Shown here: piece after piece, positions 43,512 through 52,824 of the stretch
Numbering within the stretch: the stretch's first letter is position 1
How the letters are laid out: every line of letters starts with the position of its first letter
Made by a program: the position numbers and the translations under genes
The notes under the pieces: model-generated
Database searches by the model: none
The model's input: only the letters and a program-made list of their open reading frames with translations
Told to the model about the DNA's origin: nothing
IMG/VR virus record: IMGVR_UViG_3300050158_000039
Coordinates: 28,621 to 92,620 of that record
DNA from: a virus
Direction: 5' to 3' (one strand)
DNA length: 64,000 bases

Positions 43512-44252
43512 ATGACAACCAAAGACAGTTTGGGCGACCGCATGAAGCGGTACGAATCGGTCACGCAAAGTGATCTGATGAAGCGCACGCCCGTAATCGT
43601 GCGCATTGACGGCAAAGCGTTCCACACCTGGACCAAGTGCCTATCAAAATATGATGTCTCACTCGACAAGACACCTTTCAGCGTGATCATGAATGAAGTG
43701 ATGACATTCACCACACAACACCTTGTTGACACCATGCAAGGATGTGTCCTCGGCTATACACAGAGTGATGAAATCTCACTACTTCTGCGTGACTGGGATA
43801 CATTTGAGACGGAAGCTTGGTTTGACAACAACTTACAGAAGATTGTATCGGTATCAGCCGCTGAAGCCACCGCAGCTTTCAACTTCAAGTTTGGTGAAGT
43901 TCGCACTCCAATGTCTATGAAAGATATGGCTAAATTTGATAGCCGAGCGTATAACCTCCCCAAAGAAGAAGTTGCCAATTACTTCTTGTGGCGCCAAAAC
44001 GACGCGTCCAGGAACAGTGTGCAGATGTATGGTCGTCACTTCTTCTCTTCCAAGCAAATGCACGGCAAGAGCAACAGTGAAGTTCAAGATATGCTGATGG
44101 CCGAACACAGCGCCAACTGGAATGATTTGCCAACGTGGATGCGACGGGGTACATGCGTGACCCGCGACGGGGTTGATAAGAACATCCCGATCTTCTCCCA
44201 AGACCGGGCATATATTGAACAACACGTGTACATCGATAAGGTGGCAGAATGA
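43512..44252 (+). CDS. tRNA(His) guanylyltransferase Thg1-like 3'-5' polymerase
   Basis: RIDGKAFH, YTQSDEISL, FDSRA, YFLWRQNDA.RNS and RRGT. Confidence 0.9.
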   Translation: MTTKDSLGDRMKRYESVTQSDLMKRTPVIVRIDGKAFHTWTKCLSKYDVSLDKTPFSVIMNEVMTFTTQHLVDTMQGCVLGYTQSDEISLLLRDWDTFETEAWFDNNLQKIVSVSAAEATAAFNFKFGEVRTPMSMKDMAKFDSRAYNLPKEEVANYFLWRQNDASRNSVQMYGRHFFSSKQMHGKSNSEVQDMLMAEHSANWNDLPTWMRRGTCVTRDGVDKNIPIFSQDRAYIEQHVYIDKVAE

Positions 44253-44437
44253 GTGAAGTAACATACGTCTACGACAACGTAGAGGTGCGCAAGACGGGGA
44301 GGACCGCCACCAATACCCTCCCCAGTAAGCGTGTTGATATTGTCCACGAGGTTACGCCTGTGGACACGATCGTCGGAACCTGGAAAAAGTGGGTACGGGA
44401 CGACGTACTCTTTGTAGTGAAAAATGACTCTAAATAA
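44249..44437 (+). CDS. Hypothetical protein
   Basis: 62 aa, coupled on both sides. Confidence 0.55.
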   Translation: MSEVTYVYDNVEVRKTGRTATNTLPSKRVDIVHEVTPVDTIVGTWKKWVRDDVLFVVKNDSK

Positions 44438-45437
44438 ACACGATAAGCAATACCACGATTTGGTACAGTACGTCTTAGATAACGGCATTGTTAAACAAAA
44501 CCGGACAGGTAAACCCGCCCGTTCGGTTTTTGGATACCAAATGCGGTTCAATCTGCGAGACGGCACTATCCCAATGCTGACCACAAAGAAGATGTTCACC
44601 CGCGGTATCGTTCGTGAAATCTTGTGGTATATGATGGGCACTGGTGACATCAGCTATCTCAAGGAGCACAATGTCACGATCTGGGATGAGTGGGCTGATA
44701 AGTCCGGTCAGCTCGGTCCAGTGTATGGTGTTATGTGGCGCAGCTGGCCCAATTACGTGATCACAGAGTTTGATAATCCAGCGGATGAACCTCTGTTCTA
44801 TGTCGATGAACAACCAATTGATCAAATTGGTCGACTGGTTCATCTCCTACGCACCAACCCAGAAGATCGTCGGATGATTGTGACTGGCTGGAATCCCTCA
44901 GTTCTACCTGATACATCACTGTCGTTTGATCAGAATGTGGCTATGGGCAACCAAGCTCTACCTCCGTGTCACTACACATTCCAATGTTACGCTCGTCCTC
45001 TAACAGAAGTGGAGCGGATGAAGATTGCTGGTAAGACATACAGCCTCAACGACGTTCTGGATAATGAGTCAGATGTGTCTGCCTGGCTCGATGATGCCAA
45101 CATTCCGCGGTATGAGTTGTCTTTGATGTTGAATCAGCGCTCATGTGACGTGGGTCTCGGTGTGCCGTTCAACATCGTCCAATACAGCATCTTACTGCGA
45201 ATGTTGTGTGAAGTTGCAAACATGGTCCCTGGAGACTTTGTGTGGAATGGCGGCGATGTTCACATCTACGAAAATCATGTGGACAAACTGCGTGGCCAAC
45301 TCCTGTTGGATTCGTACGATCCTCCAAAGTTCAAGTTCACCCGACCTGTCTCTGACATCGATGACTTCAAATATGAAGACTTTGTTATTGAAGGTTATCA
45401 ATCACACCCAACGATCACTATGGACGTCGCAGTGTAA
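44424..45437 (+). CDS. thyA: Thymidylate synthase
   Basis: LGPVYG..WR, ALPPCH, NQRSCDVGLGVPFN and GDVHIYENH. Confidence 0.95.
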   Translation: MTLNKHDKQYHDLVQYVLDNGIVKQNRTGKPARSVFGYQMRFNLRDGTIPMLTTKKMFTRGIVREILWYMMGTGDISYLKEHNVTIWDEWADKSGQLGPVYGVMWRSWPNYVITEFDNPADEPLFYVDEQPIDQIGRLVHLLRTNPEDRRMIVTGWNPSVLPDTSLSFDQNVAMGNQALPPCHYTFQCYARPLTEVERMKIAGKTYSLNDVLDNESDVSAWLDDANIPRYELSLMLNQRSCDVGLGVPFNIVQYSILLRMLCEVANMVPGDFVWNGGDVHIYENHVDKLRGQLLLDSYDPPKFKFTRPVSDIDDFKYEDFVIEGYQSHPTITMDVAV

Positions 45438-45502
45438 GCGTTGACATATCCACGAAGAGGACGGATAATTCAGCATCCGTCCTCTTTTCGTTTGGAGAAC
45501 CC

Positions 45503-46696
45503 ATGTCTACTGATCATAAGCGCCTTGTTGAAGAAATGTTCGTTTTCGGCTCATACGAAGACGTTGAAATTGCCACGGTTATTGAGTTGCTCAAAGCAGC
45601 GGATGACGCGTTCTTCAATGATCAAGAGCCTTTGATGGAAGATAACCAGTACGACGCTCTGAAGCAGTACGCTCAGAAGACCAGTCCTGCTGATGCCTAC
45701 TTCACTGGCATTGGTAGTGCAGTTCGTGGTGGAAAAATCAAGCTGCCATACAAGATGGGCTCACTGAATCAAGTGTACCAAGGCGATTACGTCAGGTGGA
45801 TTGCCAAACATGGTCTGACAACCGATCTGATTGTGATCAGCGATAAGTTGGACGGTGCAAGCGCAATGCTTGTGTACGACACTGACGGCAAGCTGCAAAT
45901 CGCATATTCACGCGGCGACGGCGAAGAGGGTGCAGATATCACACGGCACGTTTCTAAAATTCACAATGTCCCCAAGCAAATCACAAACTTGACTGGCGAC
46001 ACGGTGACGATTCGTGCGGAAAACATCATCTCCCCTGCATCATTTAGTCGAATCAATACCGGCAAGTTTGCGCGTGGTGGCCGAATCTACAAAAATCCCC
46101 GCAACATGGTCTCCGGCTTGATGAATTCGTCGGAGAACCATCCCGAAGTGTACACTGCGATTGATACGGTCGCGTACGAAATTGTTGGCAGCAAGATGGC
46201 CAAGGTTGACCAACTTGAACAATTGGCAAAGTGGGGCTTCAAGGTTGCTGAATACTCAATTGGTCAAGCCGACTATTGGAACGACGATCGCCTGACCAAG
46301 CTGCTGAACGACCGTCGGGCTGTTACGGAATACGAAATTGACGGTATTGTGATTGACATCGACGCAGCAGCAACCCGCGCTCGCCTGGCAACCGATGAGC
46401 TGAATCCAGAATACGCGGTCAAGTTCAAGGTTGCTGACTCATCAAACCTTGCTGTTGCTACCGTGCGACAAGTTGAGTGGAACGTGTCGAAGGATGGCTA
46501 CTACAAGCCGCGCGTTCAGATTCATCCGGTTGATCTGGTTGGCGTCACCATTTCCAACCTGACTGGCTTTAATGCTAAGTTCATCAAGGACAACGGCATC
46601 GGTCCTGGAGCCAAGATTGAAATTACCCGCGCGGGCGATGTCATTCCGCAAATTTTGCGGTGCATTGAACCCATGCCCTTGGAGAATATGAAATGA
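45503..46696 (+). CDS. ligA: NAD-dependent DNA ligase, N-terminal fragment (Ia, adenylation and OB domains)
   Basis: DNQYD, DKLDG, SRGDG, NPRN, IDGIV, AVKF and RAGDVIP, then a stop; TTGACA-17-GATAAT promoter upstream. Confidence 0.9.
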   Translation: MSTDHKRLVEEMFVFGSYEDVEIATVIELLKAADDAFFNDQEPLMEDNQYDALKQYAQKTSPADAYFTGIGSAVRGGKIKLPYKMGSLNQVYQGDYVRWIAKHGLTTDLIVISDKLDGASAMLVYDTDGKLQIAYSRGDGEEGADITRHVSKIHNVPKQITNLTGDTVTIRAENIISPASFSRINTGKFARGGRIYKNPRNMVSGLMNSSENHPEVYTAIDTVAYEIVGSKMAKVDQLEQLAKWGFKVAEYSIGQADYWNDDRLTKLLNDRRAVTEYEIDGIVIDIDAAATRARLATDELNPEYAVKFKVADSSNLAVATVRQVEWNVSKDGYYKPRVQIHPVDLVGVTISNLTGFNAKFIKDNGIGPGAKIEITRAGDVIPQILRCIEPMPLENMK

Positions 46697-47011
46697 AAAA
46701 GACACTATACGCTCTGGTATTGGCAATGTCCCCCTCTCACCAGCCCTGCTTGTCAAATTAAAGTGTGGTTTCGGGAAGCAAAACCACACTTGGGTGACGC
46801 AAAGGTTACTGTTAGGATGGATGGTTGTCGACCGACACCAGAAATGCAAATGGAGTTGTATGAGAAGGATGAATGGATCGGTACAGGTAGTGTGTATGGC
46901 AACATACCAATTGCCCTCATTAACATCAAGCACATACATGCCGAAAGGTCGAACACTTCAAACGAAATCACGCCCACTATAACCGCACCCGCGCTGCAAG
47001 GTGAGAATTGA
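46693..47011 (+). pseudogene. Small signal-peptide protein, apparently frameshifted in a C5 run
   Basis: MKKTLYALVLAMS.. ends after 22 codons; one fewer C at 46730-46734 would join it to the WFREAKPH... frame. Confidence 0.4.
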
Positions 47012-47720
47012 TGTCCTGGTCATATCGTATGCGGAGAAGCTGATACCCATGCTTCTCCGCATACGCTGTTTTCTTACCGTCGTTTTCAACTGTACGTTGA
47101 TGTTTGACGACAGCCTGCTCGGTTGATAGCTTACCCTTTGTACGAACCGGGGTAAAGTGCTGTTCGCCATCAAACTCTACCAGCATGTTGTAAGCTGGTA
47201 AGAAGAAGTCATACCGCAGCCGTGAATTTGGGGTACTACCACACAAATCATCGAACCGCTTCTCTCGTTCGTATTGAATACCGTGCTGGTCTAACCACCT
47301 TTCAATCTCAGCCTCTCCATGCGACGATTGTTGTGAACATTTGGGACAGCGAGTTTGGCCTGAAGTGTGCTTATCAGGAGTTTGCCAAAATGATCCGTGG
47401 TTGGGACAAATTATTTCAACAGGCGTAATAGCGTTCACATATATTACTTGCGAATAATCGTATACGTCTCCGTGCACATTAATAGCACGCTTAATAAACG
47501 ATGCAACATTTCCACGCTTTAGTGAAGCAAGGTGTTCAAACTTACACACTGGACAACCATCGCTACGCATGTGATCCAGTGGTCGTTGCCAAAATGATCC
47601 GTGGTTGGGGCAAATTATTTCTGTCTTAACAGAATTCTTATGATAGGTCGTGTACTGATATTTGTCCCCATGTATGAGCCTACTCTTTTGGACAAATTGG
47701 TCAAATGTTAGTCGTTTCAT
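46977..47720 (-). mobile_element. Free-standing homing endonuclease (repeated YxYxxxxY..CPNHG units plus PD-(D/E)xK-type C-terminus)
   Basis: HGDKYQY..ICPNHGSF repeats, SHGE, RYDF.LP..NMLVEFDGEQH; inverted inside ligA. Confidence 0.8.
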
Positions 47721-47722
47721 TG

Positions 47723-47751
47723 TTGATCTTTTCGAAATTCAACCGTATACT
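47723..47751 (+). promoter_or_regulatory. sigma70-type promoter for the C-terminal ligase fragment
   Basis: TTGATC-17 nt-TATACT. Confidence 0.7.
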
Positions 47752-47793
47752 ACACGGTAAGTGATGTCATTCCGTTTATTTATGGAGAACCCC

Positions 47794-48594
47794 ATGACCC
47801 CCGAATACAAACAAGCATACGAAACATGGTTTAACGCTCAACTGGATAACCTAGGTGATTGGCATTGGAATGAGACAGGGGTCGATGCAGTAGCCGTTGA
47901 TGCTGCAAACAACGAAACTGCTCGGTTTGAACGTCTGGTTGACTTCTTCTCATCCGTTGACATCCCTCACCTCGGTGAAGGCAATCTGCGCCAAATGTTC
48001 GACATGGGGTTCGATACTCCTGAAAAGATCATTCCTCTGACGCTGGAAGACATCGGCAGCTTGGTCGGTAGTATGGCAATTGGTAAGAAGATTTTCACCA
48101 ACATGCGCGAGCGTTTCACCAACATCCCGATGCACGTGCTGATGGGATCGTGCGCCGCGTTCGGACGCGGCGTTGGGGTGCGAAAGATGAAGAAACTGGA
48201 AGAAGCATTTGCTGGTGATATGGCAAAGTGTGCCGATCTGAATGCAATCGTTGCTGTGGAAGGCTTCGACGTCAAGACGGCCAAGAAGATTGTTGCTGGC
48301 TACCCCACTTTCTTGAAGTTCCTTAGCGCGATTGATAAGTATGTGTCGATCGCCGCATTCGTTGCGAAGAAACAAGGCCATCTGTCTGGTAAGTCGTTCG
48401 TGTTCACTGGGTTCCGCTCCAAAGAACTAGAAGCGCAAATCGTTGATGTGGGTGGTGTGATGAGCACCGGAGTTAGCAGCAAGACCACGTATCTGGTCAC
48501 AGCAGAGCCCAACAGCACATCTGGGAAAGCAGTGAAGGCGCGCGATTTGGGCGTTACTGTAATTTCTCAAGACGAACTGAAGGCTATGCTATGA
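47794..48594 (+). CDS. ligA: NAD-dependent DNA ligase, C-terminal fragment (HhH and BRCT)
   Basis: IPHLGE, GRGVG and VEGF..KTA HhH repeats; BRCT FVFTGF...GVSSKTTYLV...GK..KA..LGV; GGAG RBS before ATG 47794. Confidence 0.88.
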   Translation: MTPEYKQAYETWFNAQLDNLGDWHWNETGVDAVAVDAANNETARFERLVDFFSSVDIPHLGEGNLRQMFDMGFDTPEKIIPLTLEDIGSLVGSMAIGKKIFTNMRERFTNIPMHVLMGSCAAFGRGVGVRKMKKLEEAFAGDMAKCADLNAIVAVEGFDVKTAKKIVAGYPTFLKFLSAIDKYVSIAAFVAKKQGHLSGKSFVFTGFRSKELEAQIVDVGGVMSTGVSSKTTYLVTAEPNSTSGKAVKARDLGVTVISQDELKAML

Positions 48595-49001
48595 CACATT
48601 ACGTGAAAAAGAATCATGAACAAACAACTCAATATGTTGATCTATTGATGGGTGAGGTGGATCTTGGCGATCCATCTAACCAATACGTATACATTGGACC
48701 AACCGCAAGAGCAGCAGAATTAGCTGCCGCTCAGTTTGCATCAAAGCTAATGGCTGAAAAACAACCGGTGGTTAGGAATGTTCGCCATATCGTACAGGTT
48801 GGACGGCAACAATTTCGTTTCTTATCTGTAGCGCACCTGCTGGGGTGCGGTCTGTGCGGCCTGTCCGTTGATCGTTACTTCCTTGACTTAACGCCGCAGA
48901 TGCGGGAGAATATCCTTCATCACGATCCGCGGTACGAAGAGGCGCGGATCAGCATGATGGCCTGTCTCAGGAACCCAATAATGGAGCAAGATTTCGTATG
49001 A
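48591..49001 (+). CDS. Hypothetical protein
   Basis: ATGA coupling. Confidence 0.6.
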   Translation: MTHYVKKNHEQTTQYVDLLMGEVDLGDPSNQYVYIGPTARAAELAAAQFASKLMAEKQPVVRNVRHIVQVGRQQFRFLSVAHLLGCGLCGLSVDRYFLDLTPQMRENILHHDPRYEEARISMMACLRNPIMEQDFV

Positions 49002-49255
49002 TTCACGGTGATGGTGTTAGCAGTAAGTACAGTATCATTCTAGAAGGACGACGCCAAGAAATTTGGGCTCTCCCTGAACTGACACCTGATCAAAAATCTG
49101 ATCAGCTGATGGACTTCAAGGACTTCATCCGCAACACCGATCACACTGAATTTGACGAATATTACGAACTGTACAAAGACACAGTTCGCATGCCGCCGGC
49201 TCGCCGCCGTAGAACTATCGTAGAGGATCTGCAAACCCATGACGATGATGAGTGA
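48998..49255 (+). CDS. Hypothetical protein
   Basis: ATGA coupling. Confidence 0.6.
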   Translation: MIHGDGVSSKYSIILEGRRQEIWALPELTPDQKSDQLMDFKDFIRNTDHTEFDEYYELYKDTVRMPPARRRRTIVEDLQTHDDDE

Positions 49256-49949
49256 CCATCAAAAACGCGCATTTGAAGAGTTTACTACCGGGATGCCTCC
49301 CGAGCAGAAGGAACAAGTGCGTGTGGAACTTGAAGCGCGTCTCAAGCACCGAGCCGAACAACGCGTTCATGAAATTGAAGCGATGAAAGCAGCACACTTT
49401 GCTCAACTGACGCAGCACGAGATCAATACTGCTCCGCGGCGCCAATACGCTGCAATTGTCGCGGTTGACGAGAAAGGTGGGTTCTCCAAAGATGGGGAAA
49501 TTCCGTGGAATTATCCGGAAGATTTCAAGTGGTTTCAACAGACCACGTCGAACCAAATCTGTGTGATGGGTCGTGCCACGTACGATGATATCAACAAACG
49601 TCTTGGCGACAAGGCACAAAGTAGTGTGCTACCTAACCGTAGATGTTTTGTGGTTACCTCCAGTCCTCTGCCTCGGGATAATGCAACGGCAGTCACTTCG
49701 ATTGGGGAGGTTGATAAGTACATCATCGATGAGGACATCAGTAAGATGGTGTTCTTCATCGGCGGCGAGCGCATATATCGTGAGGGAATCGCGAAAGCGG
49801 ATACGGCGTACATCACTGTGGTAAACAAGGATGTTGAAGCTGATCTGTTCTTCCCCGTGAACTATGTGCTCAAACACTTCAACATGGACAAAATGTTTAA
49901 GGCTGAAAGCGCTCCTGACTTGCGCTTTACGGTCTGGAGACGCAAATGA
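49239..49949 (+). CDS. folA: Dihydrofolate reductase with an N-terminal helical extension of about 65 aa
   Basis: AIVAVDEKGG...IPW..PEDFKWF, VMGRATY, LPNR, IGGERIY and ADLFFP. Confidence 0.9.
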   Translation: MTMMSDHQKRAFEEFTTGMPPEQKEQVRVELEARLKHRAEQRVHEIEAMKAAHFAQLTQHEINTAPRRQYAAIVAVDEKGGFSKDGEIPWNYPEDFKWFQQTTSNQICVMGRATYDDINKRLGDKAQSSVLPNRRCFVVTSSPLPRDNATAVTSIGEVDKYIIDEDISKMVFFIGGERIYREGIAKADTAYITVVNKDVEADLFFPVNYVLKHFNMDKMFKAESAPDLRFTVWRRK

Positions 49950-50191
49950 CTTACGAAATCCTCACTAAACCTGTTCTCAACGCAGTAGAAAAGATCCACC
50001 CCAACGGCACGCGTGAGATTACTGGCCACTCTTGGACGACCGTCAACATCAAAGGTAATGCGACTGTTGGCAGCACAATTGACAAAATCGAAACAGACGA
50101 CATTGATCTGTATGGCGTGCGTGTGACCAAGAAGCTGTCAGAAGACACGTTTGAATGCACTATTGTTGGCGCAGATATCAAGCGGTTGTAA
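49946..50191 (+). CDS. Hypothetical protein
   Basis: ATGA coupling. Confidence 0.55.
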   Translation: MTYEILTKPVLNAVEKIHPNGTREITGHSWTTVNIKGNATVGSTIDKIETDDIDLYGVRVTKKLSEDTFECTIVGADIKRL

Positions 50192-50265
50192 TTACTAGTA
50201 ATCTTTGGTAGTTGCTTGACCTTGGGTGATACCGTATCATCCTTAACAAAATCCAGAAAACTACC

Positions 50266-50391
50266 ATGATACTACTATCCAGAGACGTCTTCCGCGAAAG
50301 CGTATTCAACCGCGATCACCACAAATGCGTTGTTTGTGGCGCTGCGGCTGTTGATGCTCACCACATTATTGAACGTCGGCTGTTCAAATAA
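50266..50391 (+). pseudogene. 41-aa orphaned 5' stub of the HNH-RNA ligase gene
   Basis: MILLSRDVFRESVFNRDHHKCVVCGAAAVDAHHIIERRLFK*, paralogous to the N-terminus of 51154-52260. Confidence 0.8.
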
Positions 50392-50471
50392 GAGAATTTA
50401 AGTGACGCAAATGATTGGTAGTTCAGAAGGGAGTTGCATAAATACCTTCAACGTCTTGAACGGAACACCAC

Positions 50472-51215
50472 ATGCAACCACTACGTCAGTTCACAGAACA
50501 AGAACAGCAGCTAATCAACGAGCTGTACAACACTCTCGTTCCGGTCACACAAATATGCAAACAACTTAAGGTCGGAGAAGCACCAATCAAACGATACTTA
50601 CGTGAACAAGGATTACCGCTCAGACGAAAGTATCCCCCGCGGACACTTCCAGACCAATCCTTGGTTGGTCAACAGTTCAATTCCATTACTGTTGAGGCCT
50701 TCATTTACAATGACAAGTATCATGAATGGAATATCATTGGTCGTTGTGAATGTGGGAATCCTGTCCAAGATGTCACAAGAAAGATTATCAACGGCGGTAG
50801 AAAAACTTGTGGAGTCCCAGGATGTGCTGCCTTCCATCAAGTTCGACAAAACAATGGCCGCCAAGCCTCGTTTACAGGGTATGAAGAAATATACGGATCA
50901 CGATGGGGTGGGTGGAAATGTGGTGCGGCGAAGCGAAATATTCCGTTTGAACTAACCCCCCAGGAAGGTTGGGATATTTTTGTAGCCCAACAAAAACGAT
51001 GTGCGTTAAGCGGGGTGGATATTGAATTTGGAACAGCTTGGAATAAGAAATGCACTGCCTCACTAGATAGAATAGATTCAACAAAAGGGTATACTGTTGA
51101 CAATGTTCAGTGGGTGCATAAAATGATCAACGTAATGAAACGAGATATGACAGATGAGCAATTTATCAGCTGGTGCAAGCTCGTGCTGCACCACCAATCA
51201 ACGACTGACACGTGA
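50472..51215 (+). mobile_element. Free-standing HNH/His-Me homing endonuclease
   Basis: CECG, CALSG and SLDRIDSTKGY..DNVQWVHKMIN.MK; TAAATA at 50439. Confidence 0.85.
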
Positions 51216-52260
51216 TCAGTTTCGTGAGCATACATTCCAACGTGACGCTTACCGCTGCGTTGTGTGTGGGGCACCAGCGGTTGATGCCCATCATATAATT
51301 GAGCGAAGGTTGTTTGGTGATTGTCAGGGATATCACTTGAACAACGGTGCATCCGTATGTTCCGAGCATCACCTTGCGTGTGAACGAACTCAGATCACTG
51401 TTGAGCAAATTCGGGAATATGCCGGCATCACCAAACCAATCCTCCCTCCCCATATGTACACCGACACCGTATACGATAAGTGGGGTAATGTAATCCTTGA
51501 CGATAATCGCAGGCTGCGGGGCGAACTGTTTAACGACGAGAGCGTCCAAAAGGTTCTGACTGAAGGTGGCGTGATTGGGGATTTTGTCAAGTACGTCAAA
51601 TACCCCCGAACCTTCCATTTGCCGTGGTCTCCGGGCATGCACGATGACGATCGTATGATGCCAGACGTTTCCATCTTCGAAGGCCGAAAGGTTGTCGTGA
51701 TGGAGAAATTGGACGGTGAAAACACGTCAATCTACAACGATTACATGCATGCTCGCTCCGTCACTTCTGGTGGACACCCGTCTCGTGATTGGATCCGTGC
51801 GTTCGCCTCTCAGTTCCAACACGACATTCCAGAAGGTTGGAGGCTCAGCGTCGAAAATATGTACGCAAAGCACTCGATTACATATGTTGACCTCGAAACA
51901 TATGCGTATGGTTTTGCCATGTGGGATGACACAAATCACATCCTGACCTGGCAAGACACGCTGCAGTGGTATGAACTGCTTGGCGTCACTCCATGCCCGG
52001 TGATTTACTGGGGCGAGTATGATCGAGCCAAGATTGAGCAATCATATAGCACCCTGAAGCAGCAACGCGAAGCCGCCAGAGGCGAGGTTGAAGGCTATGT
52101 CATTCGTGTTGACGAGCCTTTCCACTTCAGTCAGTTCAAACAAATGGTCGGTAAATACGTTCGCAAAGGCCACGTCAATACAACCAGACACTGGATGTAT
52201 GGACAACCCGTGATCCCTAACACATTGAAAGAGGGCCGCACTGGATTTGAACCGGTGTGA
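51154..52260 (+). CDS. HNH-domain/RNA ligase fusion (Rnl2-like ligase family)
   Basis: N-terminal CVVCG..DAHHI...NGASVC..HH; KYPRTFHL, motif I EKLDGEN, EGYVIR and GKYVR. Confidence 0.85.
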   Translation: MSNLSAGASSCCTTNQRLTRDQFREHTFQRDAYRCVVCGAPAVDAHHIIERRLFGDCQGYHLNNGASVCSEHHLACERTQITVEQIREYAGITKPILPPHMYTDTVYDKWGNVILDDNRRLRGELFNDESVQKVLTEGGVIGDFVKYVKYPRTFHLPWSPGMHDDDRMMPDVSIFEGRKVVVMEKLDGENTSIYNDYMHARSVTSGGHPSRDWIRAFASQFQHDIPEGWRLSVENMYAKHSITYVDLETYAYGFAMWDDTNHILTWQDTLQWYELLGVTPCPVIYWGEYDRAKIEQSYSTLKQQREAARGEVEGYVIRVDEPFHFSQFKQMVGKYVRKGHVNTTRHWMYGQPVIPNTLKEGRTGFEPV

Positions 52261-52274
52261 ACGAAAAGTGAATA

Positions 52275-52802
52275 ATGAAACTATTTGAACTCCTCGAAAA
52301 AGAAGACAGCCCAGAACCCGGTACATATGCAGCGGTGAAGTTTGACGAGAGTACCGTCAACAACATTCGCAAGTATATTGAGAACAACGAGATCCCAAAC
52401 GGTGTGCCAGCAGAAAAACTGCACTGCACAGTTCTGTACAGTCGCAAACACTGTCCAGATTATGAGCCACAGGGTGACATTGATCCAGCTTGGATCGGTA
52501 CTCCTGTTGGGTTGGAGGTGTGGGAGTCAAAAGGAAAGCTTCGTGACGAAGAACCAAAGCGCTGCTTGGTAATGAAGTTCAAATGTGAGGAGCTAAACGA
52601 TCGCCATAAGGAATTGATGGACGAGCATGATGCCACCTACGACTTCCCCGAATACAAAACGCACGTCACACTCTCGTATGACATTGGCGACTTGGACGAA
52701 AAAACCCTACCAGATATTGCGGACGCTATCAGCAAACTCAAGATCAATCATGAGTATGGCGAAGACCTGGATTTGGACTGGGCTGCGAAGACTAAGTCGT
52801 AA
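52275..52802 (+). CDS. acb1: Anti-CBASS nuclease Acb1 (T4 57B-like 2H phosphoesterase) with leader MKLFELLE
   Basis: GTYAAVKF, VPAEKLHCTVLYSR, LEVW, ATYDFPEYKTHVTLSY and EYGEDLDLDWA; colinear with T4 Acb1 motifs as recalled. Confidence 0.88.
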   Translation: MKLFELLEKEDSPEPGTYAAVKFDESTVNNIRKYIENNEIPNGVPAEKLHCTVLYSRKHCPDYEPQGDIDPAWIGTPVGLEVWESKGKLRDEEPKRCLVMKFKCEELNDRHKELMDEHDATYDFPEYKTHVTLSYDIGDLDEKTLPDIADAISKLKINHEYGEDLDLDWAAKTKS

Positions 52803-52824
52803 GATCACCAAACCTTACAACCAC

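Noticed and set aside
46697-47793. Group I intron or intein in ligA
   Set aside because: No recognisable P/Q/R/S core or intein termini; the endonuclease is antisense, and the second half has its own promoter and RBS.
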